Source: a virus
Lineage: Duplodnaviria; Caudoviricetes
Virus record (IMG/VR): IMGVR_UViG_3300032324_000298
Coordinates: 1 to 38,368 of that record
Length of the DNA: 38,368 nucleotides
Strand: one strand, 5' to 3'
Shown: positions 24,033 through 32,512 of the stretch, one piece after another
Numbering within the stretch: position 1 is the stretch's first letter
Layout of the letters: each line of letters starts with the position of its first letter
The notes under the pieces: model-generated
The model's input: the letters and a program-made list of their open reading frames with translations, nothing else
Database searches by the model: none
Told to the model about the DNA's origin: nothing
Program-made: the position numbers and the translations under genes

Positions 24033-26213
24033 ATGGCTCGTTATAACACTTTTGGCGAAAAAGACAGTCAGTTTAATGATGAGGTGGACATTGGATTCTC
24101 ACGGATCAATGCCCGGTTGCGCCCCGATCAATTAAAGTCTGGCGAGCTGGCTGTGTCCATCAATGGACGCATGGACATTGACGGTGCTTGGCAACCCCGA
24201 AAAGGGTCTAATGCTTTTGGTCCCCAACTTGGTAATAGCGGCGAAGCGTTGATTGTTCCGTTTTACGTTTGGACCAATCGCACTATTAGTAGCGCAACTC
24301 GCAGCACAACGACGGTTACAATTACCACCTCCGTTGCTCATGGATTCACCACAAGCACACAAGTGGGTATTTCTGGGCTTACGGGAACAGTTAACCCCAA
24401 CGGCAATCGCACGATTACTGTAACAGGCTCAACGACATTTACATTCACCATTACGGGTGCTACGGGTAGCGAAACCTATTCGATTGGTGGAAGCAACTTT
24501 GCCGGGGCTCCTCTTCTGAGCAGCAACATTAACAATGCCTACGGCTCTTGTTTGTTCTCCGACCCATCGGATGACAATGACGAATACTTTATTTTGGCCC
24601 TCAATTCTAAAGCGATTGCGGTTAATTGCTCAACAGCGGTTCCAACCGACATTGCCTATCCGTCTGGTATCACCATAACAGATGACGTTGAGATGATTCA
24701 GGCGTTCAACAAGGTGTTCATCTTCAGAGATGGACTTACAGCCCTATCTTGGAATGGTGTTATTACGGGTAGCCCAGCCTTTGTTAAGGTGGCAAACGGC
24801 ACCTATGCCAACACAACGTATTACAATGCCAATAACAACACAAGCATTGCAGATGGTGTTGTGACTGTAAGTGAGACGGCTCACGGTCTTTCCGTTGGTA
24901 AACGGATTTTTGTGGTGGATGCTAGCGCAACTTCCCTAGTAGAAAATGGGGCTGGTTACACCATTGCGTCTGTTCCTAACGCCAATACGTTCACTTTCTT
25001 TGCCCAAGTTATAGATCACGCAAGTCACAAAGTTATTTATTCGGTGGCTCAATCACAAGGACTTGGATTTGTTCATATGCCCGCGCCCCCGTGGGGAGTC
25101 TATCACCAACGGCGTATCATTGCCCCCTACTACTACACATCTACGGGAACATCTGGCAGTGAAGTGATTACTAGCCGCAACGTAAGGGATGAGTTGATAT
25201 TCTCTGACATTTTTGATTCAGACACCTATGACCAAATCCAAAATCAGTTCAAGGTTACGGCTGGCATTGCTGACTATTTGCAGTATGTCCACCCGTTCAC
25301 CGACGACAATGCTGTGGTTCTCAATCGCAATAGCATTCATCTTCTTAGCGGACTTTCGGGTAGCCTGACGGACATTACGCTCAAAGAAATTACACGCGAA
25401 GCTGGGCTTGTTGCCCGTCGTTCCGTTGTAACAATTGCCAATCAAATCTTCTTCCTTTCAGACAACGGCGTTTACGCAACAGCCTTCGGCGACCTCTATA
25501 ATCTTCGCGGAGCAGGACTACCCTTGTCTGACCCAATTGACCCCATCATTCGCCAAATCAACAAGGAGTATGCCGATAAGTCGGTAGCCATCTACCACAA
25601 CAATCGCTACTACATTGCCGTTCCGTTAAACGCATCTATCTACAACAACGCCATATTGGTTTACAACTTACTCAATCAAGGTTGGGAAAGCATTGATTTG
25701 ATTGAACAAGAAGGCTGGGATGTGGCTAATTTCATTACCTCTAGTGCTGGTGGCGTTAATAGACTCTTTGCCATTAACCGATTTGGCGGCATCAATGAGG
25801 TGGAATCCCGCGTTGATGACGTAGATAACATCTACACGTTCCCCGGCCTCCCATCCAAATTCTTCCACGTTGAATCAGAAGCGTTAACCCGTGAGTTTAC
25901 ATTCCAAAGCCCAGAACGTAAGAAGTTTAACAGCTTTGAAATTCATACTGAATCCAGTGAAACCAACAACTCTGATGCACTAATTGAAGGTGTGTCTGAG
26001 AATTTGGATAGTGAATTTGAGCTTGGCACCGTATCTGGCATTCTTGGTGAAGTTCTATCCGTTGGTGAAGACGCATCCCTGCGTGGTAGAATTGGCAACA
26101 TTCGGGCTTACGGAATGCAACTTAGATATACTCCGACTGCTGGACGACCCAAGTTGCGCTTAGTAAAGCTCACAGCATCACCCACCTTCAGAGCGTTAAC
26201 ACAAGCCTCATAA
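24033..26213 (+). CDS. Tail nozzle/stabilisation protein (P22 gp10/T7 gp12-like position)
   Basis: 726 aa, beta-propeller-like segments (IFFLSDNGVY, YHNNRYYIAV, ILVYN), upstream of the ejection genes. Confidence 0.7.
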   Translation: MARYNTFGEKDSQFNDEVDIGFSRINARLRPDQLKSGELAVSINGRMDIDGAWQPRKGSNAFGPQLGNSGEALIVPFYVWTNRTISSATRSTTTVTITTSVAHGFTTSTQVGISGLTGTVNPNGNRTITVTGSTTFTFTITGATGSETYSIGGSNFAGAPLLSSNINNAYGSCLFSDPSDDNDEYFILALNSKAIAVNCSTAVPTDIAYPSGITITDDVEMIQAFNKVFIFRDGLTALSWNGVITGSPAFVKVANGTYANTTYYNANNNTSIADGVVTVSETAHGLSVGKRIFVVDASATSLVENGAGYTIASVPNANTFTFFAQVIDHASHKVIYSVAQSQGLGFVHMPAPPWGVYHQRRIIAPYYYTSTGTSGSEVITSRNVRDELIFSDIFDSDTYDQIQNQFKVTAGIADYLQYVHPFTDDNAVVLNRNSIHLLSGLSGSLTDITLKEITREAGLVARRSVVTIANQIFFLSDNGVYATAFGDLYNLRGAGLPLSDPIDPIIRQINKEYADKSVAIYHNNRYYIAVPLNASIYNNAILVYNLLNQGWESIDLIEQEGWDVANFITSSAGGVNRLFAINRFGGINEVESRVDDVDNIYTFPGLPSKFFHVESEALTREFTFQSPERKKFNSFEIHTESSETNNSDALIEGVSENLDSEFELGTVSGILGEVLSVGEDASLRGRIGNIRAYGMQLRYTPTAGRPKLRLVKLTASPTFRALTQAS

Positions 26214-26214
26214 C

Positions 26215-27555
26215 ATGGCAATTCTATCCAAAGGAGCAACGATTGTTGCCGACACGCAAGTTAGTGCAACCAACCTAAATAACTTGGTTGATGCAGCTAC
26301 TTTTGTATCGGGCGCGGTTGACGGCACTACTACTCAACTTTCAGGTGGAGCCATCATTGTTAAAGACGGTGGCATTACCCCAGCCAAAATAAGCACGGGT
26401 GGCCCCAGCTGGACAAGCGGTGGAACGGTGTCTGCCACAGCGTTTTCTGGTCCCCTTACGGGAGCTGTAACGGGTAATGTTACAGGCAACTCTTCAACGG
26501 CTACGGCTCTTGCGACTGGGCGAACGATTGCTATTACGGGCGACCTTTCCTATACCTCGCCAAGTTTTGATGGCACGGGTAACGTAACGGCGGCAGGCAC
26601 ACTTGCAACCGTAGCAACGGCTGGCACAACGGGTAGCTCAACTGCAATTCCTGTTGTTACAATTAACGCTAAGGGACTTACAACTTCTATCACCACTGCG
26701 GCTGTTGTTGCTCCAGCTGGAACACTAAGCGGATCAACTTTGGCTTCAGGCGTAACAGCCTCAAGTTTAACGAGTGTTGGCACGCTTTCAGGGCTTACGG
26801 TTTCTGCTCCAATTTCTGGCAGTATAACGGGCAACTCGGCGACGACAACGGCATTGCAGACGGCTCGCACCATTAACGGGGTGAGCTTTAATGGAACGGC
26901 AGACATTACCGTTACAGCAGCAGCAGGCACATTAAGTGGCGCAACGCTGGCTTCGGGTGTAACCGCTTCAAGTCTTACGAGTGTGGGCACACTTGGTAGT
27001 CTCACTGTCACCAATCCAATTACCGGCTCCGTAACAGGAAGCAGCGGAAGCACCACCGGCAATGCTGCTACGGCTACAAAAATTGCAAGTATTACCAATT
27101 CTGACATTGTTCAACTGACGGCAAGCCAGACGTTAACAAACAAGACATTAACCTCGCCAACCATCACTGGAACGGGAGCTATTGCCGGAAACTTTACAGG
27201 TCCAATTACAGGTAATATCATTGCCAGCATTGCCAACATTACGCTGCTTGATTTGGTTCCTGAATTTGGCTACGCCACAAGTGGAACCATCACCCTCAAT
27301 CTTGCGGCTGCAAGTAACGCCAAAATTGAACTGAGCGGTAATAGCACGTTTGCGCTTTCCGGCATTGATAGCGGCCAAGTAAACATTGTTGCCCTAAAGA
27401 ACAATACAGGTGGAAGCATTAACACTACTTGGCCAGCTTGGACCTCTGCTGGTGGTAGTTTCCCTGCCTCCCTAACATCTGGGCAAGCAATGGTTGTTTC
27501 CCTCTATTCCTACGGTTCCACCACAGGTAGCGTTTACGCAGTTTCTTCCCTCTAA
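26215..27555 (+). CDS. Second tail fibre/needle-like protein
   Basis: G/T/S-rich; ATALATGRTI / TALQTARTING fibre repeats; duplicated AGTLSGxTLASGVTASSLTSVGTL. Confidence 0.75.
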   Translation: MAILSKGATIVADTQVSATNLNNLVDAATFVSGAVDGTTTQLSGGAIIVKDGGITPAKISTGGPSWTSGGTVSATAFSGPLTGAVTGNVTGNSSTATALATGRTIAITGDLSYTSPSFDGTGNVTAAGTLATVATAGTTGSSTAIPVVTINAKGLTTSITTAAVVAPAGTLSGSTLASGVTASSLTSVGTLSGLTVSAPISGSITGNSATTTALQTARTINGVSFNGTADITVTAAAGTLSGATLASGVTASSLTSVGTLGSLTVTNPITGSVTGSSGSTTGNAATATKIASITNSDIVQLTASQTLTNKTLTSPTITGTGAIAGNFTGPITGNIIASIANITLLDLVPEFGYATSGTITLNLAAASNAKIELSGNSTFALSGIDSGQVNIVALKNNTGGSINTTWPAWTSAGGSFPASLTSGQAMVVSLYSYGSTTGSVYAVSSL

Positions 27556-27559
27556 TTTT

Positions 27560-30500
27560 ATGCCTTACGACCCAGAGACAGGAGAGTATATCCCCGATAT
27601 GGGGCCAAGTTCGTCCAATGTTCCAAAATCCAATTCTTTTGGTTTTGACCCCGGCCAATCTACTCGTGACTATCTTGCAGGCGTAGCTAATCCAGAGACG
27701 CTTTCAGCCCTCCTTGGAGCCGAAGCTGCGGCACGTCCTCAGTTGGGTGCTCAGGGACTTAGAGACCTTAGCCAATTTCAGTCAGGCACACCACAATTTA
27801 ATGTTCAGGCGTTTCTTGCTGCTCGCCCCGACATCCTCAATAATTTCAACAATGCTAAGGATGACTATTCCAGAATGTATGGAGGTCTTGAGCAATATGC
27901 TAAGGCTGCTGCTGACGCCGAAGGGCTTACACCTCAGTTTACAACTACCCAAGGTGGTAGCCTCGATCTTCTAAAACAAGCTGCTGGCGTTACGAGTGGC
28001 GTAGAGACGGCGGCAAATACCGCCCTACGAACAGCGGGAGCGGCAGATGTTGCTGCTTTAGCTCCTCAACTTGCTGCCACCTACAATCAACTAAACCCAG
28101 AGATTCAAGCGAGCTTACAACGCGCTGAAGGTTTGAGTCGAGTTCCTGATGCCTACGCCCCAATGCGGACGGCGGCTTTTAACGCTCAACAATTTGGTGA
28201 TCTTCAGTTCAATCCAGCCCAAGCCTCCCTGTTGGGTAGTGCTCCGCAAGTAGATTTAGGTGGATACAATGCCGCACAAGTTGGTGCTCAGAGTTACAAT
28301 CCCACACAGGCTTCTGCACAAGGTTATAACGCGGCCCTAGCGCAGTCTCAGGGTTACAATGCCCAACAAGCCTCGGCTCAAGGATACAACGCTGCTCTAG
28401 CCCAATCCCAAGGCTACAATGCCGCATTAGCTCAATCCCAAGGCTACAACGCTGCTTTAGCTCAATCCCAAGGCTATAACGCCCAACAAGCACAGTCTCA
28501 GGGTTACAATGCTGCTCTAGCCCAATCACAGGGCTATAACGCTCAACAAGCACAGTCGCAAGGCTACAATGCCGCTCTAGCTCAATCGCAAGGTTATGAC
28601 GCTGCACAGGCCCAATCACGAGGCTATGACGCTGCTCTAGCTCAATCACGCGGCTACGATGCCGCACAGGCTCAATCGCAAGGCTATCAATCTCAAGGTT
28701 ATACCCCACAAGGCTATCAAGCCGCTCAGGCTGGTGCTGGTATGCAGACGGAGGCCGAGCGTTTGGCCCGTGGTCAACTTGGTCAATCACTCTATGCTCA
28801 GGCTTTGCAAGCTGGACCTAGCCAAGCCGCTCAGCTCCTTGGTAGCCGTGCGGCAGAATTTGCCGCTAGCACAGGTCAGCTTTCCCCTGAAGAACTGAGA
28901 AACATTCAGCAAGGCGCCCGCGAAGCCTATGCTGCTCGTGGTATTGAGATGAGTAATCCAGCCATTGCTGCTGAGGCTGCTGCACGATCCGGAGCAATGC
29001 GTCAACGTCAGGCTGAAGACTTGGCCCAAGCTGCTGCTCTCAATCAGGCTTATACCCAAGACCTTTCCGCCAATCGTCAATTCGGCACAGGACTCTATGG
29101 GCAGGAAATTGGATTGCAGCAAGCCAACCAACAGGCCGCGCTTCAGGCTGCTCTTGCCAACCAACAGACGGGTCAAAACTTGTCTTTGGCCAACCTTCAA
29201 GCTACTAACCAAGCTGGTCAATTTACCGCTGGTTTGGGTGCTGAGGCTGCTCAGTTTGGGGCTAATGCAGCCAATCAAGCTGGTCAGTTCAGTGCTACTG
29301 CTGCAAATCAGGCTGCGTTACAGAATGCTCAGTTAGCTTCTCAGGCTGGTCAGTTTGGAGCTAGTGCATTTAATCAAGCCGCAATTCAAAACGCTCAGAA
29401 TCTCTCTCAAGCTAACCAATTTGGAGCCGGTGCCTTTAATCAGGCTGCAATAGAAAACGCTCAACTAGCTTCTCAAGCTGGTCAATTTAGAGCGTCTGCA
29501 GCTAATCAGGCCGCATTGCAGAATGCCCAAAACATCTCTCAAGCTAACCAATTTGGAGCTAGTGCGTTTAATCAGGCTGCAATTCAAAACGCTTTGCTTG
29601 GCTCTCAAGCTGGCCAGTTTGGTGCATCTTCAGCCAATCAAGCTGCATTGCAGAATGCTCAGAACATTTCTCTGGCCAACCAGTTTGGAGCTAGTGCGTT
29701 TAATCAGGCTCAGTTGCAAAACGCCTTGCTCGGCTCTCAGGCCAACCAGTTTGGTGCATCATCCGCAAATCAAGCTGCTTTACAAAACGCTCAAAACATT
29801 TCTCTGGCCAACCAATTCGAGGCATTATCCGCCAACCAAGCTGCAATCCAGAACGCTCAGAACATCTCCCAAGCCAACCAATTCGGGGCATTATCCGCCA
29901 ACCAAACAGCTATACAAAATGCTCAGAACATCTCCCAAGCTAATCAGTTTGGAGCTGGCGCACTAAACCAAGCTGCTTTGCAAAATGCGCTACTTGGCTC
30001 GCAGGCTGGGCAATTTGGCGCATCTGCCTTCAATCAGGCTCAATTACAGAACGCTCAGAACATCACTGGAGCCAATCAATTTGGTGCTGGGGCTCAAAAT
30101 CAAGTATCCCTTGCCAATCAAGCGGCGTTTAATCAGGCTGGTCAATTCGGGGCTGGAGCCCAGAACCAAGCCAATCTTGCCAACCAAGCTGCGCTCAATC
30201 AAGCAGGTATGTTCCGAGCTGAGGCTGGCAATCAAAGCCAGCTTACAAATGCTCAGCTGCAAGCTCAGTATGCTATGGCCAATCAGGGCGCGGCCAATCA
30301 GTTCTCCCTAGCCAATCAAGCTGCGGGCATGGATGTTAATGCTCAGAACCGTTTGTTTGCCGCCAATCAGCAACAGCAGAACATCTCCAACCTTGGTCTA
30401 ATTGGACAGGCTGACTCGGCCACCGCTGAAGCTAACAGGGCTTATGCCCTCAACTTGGCTCAAGGCTATCGTGGCGCGGCGTATGACCCAACGGCTATGC

Positions 30501-31186
30501 TACTAGGTCAACAGAGCAATGCCGGTCAAACCGCTGCTCAACAGCAAGGGTATGCTCTGGACTTGGCTAAGACGTTTAACACCCCAACAACCTACAATCC
30601 AGACACGGGTATTAACTTGGCGTTGGCCAATCAGGCTAACATCACCAACCGGGACATTGCCCAGCAGTCCGCTGCTGCTCAATTGGCGGCTGCTAAGGCT
30701 GGTGCTTCTGCTACAAAAACTGCTGGTGTTGCGGGCGGTGCTGGCAACATTATTGGCGGTGTGCTTGCCGGTAAAATCTTTTTGGCTTGTATCCCAGAAG
30801 GCGAACTCATTGACACACCAGAAGGCCAAGTGGCCATCGAAGACATCCGTTCCGGTGATAGCGTCATTGGCTTCTCTGGTGAACCAGTTAAGGTGCTCAT
30901 TAAACATGAGTATGCCGAGAACCCAGAAGCCGAACGCTTCCATCGTTTCTATCTCGATAATGGCAAGGACTTCTCTGTATGCGATATGCACCGCATTGAA
31001 GGCGAACGCTCGATGGACTACAATGTGGGGAATAGCTTTAAGGGCGGCGAAGTCATTGAAGCCATCGCTGTCTATGGCGGCGTCAGCCGTTCCTATGACT
31101 TGTTGACGGAAGACATAGGCTATCGTATGTCTGGCGTAGCTGTTAACAGCATGATTGAAGAACTTGCCGCCTTCTCATCCACCTAA
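27560..31186 (+). CDS. Repeat-rich internal virion/DNA-ejection protein with C-terminal Hint domain
   Basis: 10-aa and 22-aa tandem repeats, a Gly-rich hydrophobic segment, then CIPEGELIDTPEG...CDMH...YDL...GVAVN|S. Confidence 0.8.
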   Translation: MPYDPETGEYIPDMGPSSSNVPKSNSFGFDPGQSTRDYLAGVANPETLSALLGAEAAARPQLGAQGLRDLSQFQSGTPQFNVQAFLAARPDILNNFNNAKDDYSRMYGGLEQYAKAAADAEGLTPQFTTTQGGSLDLLKQAAGVTSGVETAANTALRTAGAADVAALAPQLAATYNQLNPEIQASLQRAEGLSRVPDAYAPMRTAAFNAQQFGDLQFNPAQASLLGSAPQVDLGGYNAAQVGAQSYNPTQASAQGYNAALAQSQGYNAQQASAQGYNAALAQSQGYNAALAQSQGYNAALAQSQGYNAQQAQSQGYNAALAQSQGYNAQQAQSQGYNAALAQSQGYDAAQAQSRGYDAALAQSRGYDAAQAQSQGYQSQGYTPQGYQAAQAGAGMQTEAERLARGQLGQSLYAQALQAGPSQAAQLLGSRAAEFAASTGQLSPEELRNIQQGAREAYAARGIEMSNPAIAAEAAARSGAMRQRQAEDLAQAAALNQAYTQDLSANRQFGTGLYGQEIGLQQANQQAALQAALANQQTGQNLSLANLQATNQAGQFTAGLGAEAAQFGANAANQAGQFSATAANQAALQNAQLASQAGQFGASAFNQAAIQNAQNLSQANQFGAGAFNQAAIENAQLASQAGQFRASAANQAALQNAQNISQANQFGASAFNQAAIQNALLGSQAGQFGASSANQAALQNAQNISLANQFGASAFNQAQLQNALLGSQANQFGASSANQAALQNAQNISLANQFEALSANQAAIQNAQNISQANQFGALSANQTAIQNAQNISQANQFGAGALNQAALQNALLGSQAGQFGASAFNQAQLQNAQNITGANQFGAGAQNQVSLANQAAFNQAGQFGAGAQNQANLANQAALNQAGMFRAEAGNQSQLTNAQLQAQYAMANQGAANQFSLANQAAGMDVNAQNRLFAANQQQQNISNLGLIGQADSATAEANRAYALNLAQGYRGAAYDPTAMLLGQQSNAGQTAAQQQGYALDLAKTFNTPTTYNPDTGINLALANQANITNRDIAQQSAAAQLAAAKAGASATKTAGVAGGAGNIIGGVLAGKIFLACIPEGELIDTPEGQVAIEDIRSGDSVIGFSGEPVKVLIKHEYAENPEAERFHRFYLDNGKDFSVCDMHRIEGERSMDYNVGNSFKGGEVIEAIAVYGGVSRSYDLLTEDIGYRMSGVAVNSMIEELAAFSST
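28262..28681 (+). repeat. 14 x 30-bp coding tandem repeat (GY[ND]AxxAQS[QR])
   Basis: Counted in the translation; synonymous divergence between copies. Confidence 0.9.
29285..30274 (+). repeat. About 15 x 66-bp coding tandem repeat (QFGAxAxNQAAxQNAQxxSQA[NG])
   Basis: QF (MF in the last unit) recurs every 22 codons. Confidence 0.9.
30788..31147 (+). other. Hint (intein-like) domain, 120 aa
   Basis: Cys1, block B CDMH, block F SYDL, terminal Asn followed by Ser. Confidence 0.8.
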
Positions 31187-31201
31187 ACTTTCTTAAACAC
31201 A

Positions 31202-32512
31202 ATGATTGGAAGCTCCGTAAATCCCGCCCTAGGTCGCATTGACTACTCCCCCATCACACGGGGGGCTGAATCTGCTGCACAAAGCATACAAGCTGGTGGT
31301 CAAGCCTATGGGAATATGTTCGCCAATCTTGGCCAACAAATCGGTAGTGGCATCCAGCAATATCAACAGAATAAGCAAAAGCGCGATTTCCTTGAGGCAC
31401 AGGTAAGAAGCAACATCGGTGAAGCAATTCAGTCGCTGAATAAATTTAAGGCCAATTCTTCGGCTTACGGCGGCCAAGCTCCCATTCGCCCTGAAGCATT
31501 TGAGAATATTTCTCTTGGGGAACTTCCTAGGATGCCTATTGGTAAACTAGAAGCACTTGTTACCCAGACAGAAAAACTGCTGCAAAAACCACGGGCAATC
31601 GAGAGCTTCATCCAACAGCAAGCCCTGACGGATGCCGCAAATCAGCAGCGTAATGCAAGAATTGCCGCTGCAATGACGCCGCCACAGGCTAATGCTCCAT
31701 TCTATCTGGGACGGCCAATGCAGCCAGACACGCCAGAAGCACTAACTAAACGAGTGGTTGAAGCCGGTGGTTCAATACAAGAGGCTCTTGCCGCTGCAAG
31801 GGCTCCTTCTGAGATTCGTGAGACTGAAGCAAAAACAATGGCTTTGGGCTCTAAACAACCGGCATTGCCATCCTATCAGCAGCAACGCCTAAACACTGAG
31901 GTTGCGGCCTTCAAAGCAAGGACGGGTTCTAACCCAACGCCAGATCAAATGGTTGCTATTTACAACCGAATTGACGAAGGAACTCAGCCCAACCCATACG
32001 CTGCAAAGGTGGCTGAAACCCTATTCAATCAATACACCTCTGCTCAAGGTGCTCTTCAAAGACTTGAAAGCATTAACGATCAAATCGCAATGCTTGATAA
32101 AGGAAATGTTAATGTTGGTTTCATGGGGGAAATCAAAACTGGAATTGATAAACTTACAGCAGCTTTTGGGAATAAAGATGCTGCTGAAAGAGTTACAAAC
32201 ACTGAAATTCTTGAAAGCGTCCTTGGTCTTGATTTAATGTCTGCGATTACAGCAGCCGGTTTGACAACGAGAAGTTTCGATACACCGGCTGAAATGAAAA
32301 ACCTTCGCGCTGCTTTTGTTGGTGGAACAACACTAAGCCCAGAAGCGATTAAGACTATTGCTAAATTTCGTCGCGGAGTTCTTCAAACAGTTGTCAACGA
32401 TTACAACCAGAAGGTTGATAAGGGAGTCTATAATCGTTTAAGTGAGGCTTTTGGCCAGCCAGTTAATAAAATTAAACTACCCACCGTAATTAACTCCATA
32501 ACACCGCGCTAA
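31202..32512 (+). CDS. Putative DNA-ejection/internal virion protein
   Basis: Gly/Gln-rich helical N-terminus; position after the tail genes. Confidence 0.65.
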   Translation: MIGSSVNPALGRIDYSPITRGAESAAQSIQAGGQAYGNMFANLGQQIGSGIQQYQQNKQKRDFLEAQVRSNIGEAIQSLNKFKANSSAYGGQAPIRPEAFENISLGELPRMPIGKLEALVTQTEKLLQKPRAIESFIQQQALTDAANQQRNARIAAAMTPPQANAPFYLGRPMQPDTPEALTKRVVEAGGSIQEALAAARAPSEIRETEAKTMALGSKQPALPSYQQQRLNTEVAAFKARTGSNPTPDQMVAIYNRIDEGTQPNPYAAKVAETLFNQYTSAQGALQRLESINDQIAMLDKGNVNVGFMGEIKTGIDKLTAAFGNKDAAERVTNTEILESVLGLDLMSAITAAGLTTRSFDTPAEMKNLRAAFVGGTTLSPEAIKTIAKFRRGVLQTVVNDYNQKVDKGVYNRLSEAFGQPVNKIKLPTVINSITPR

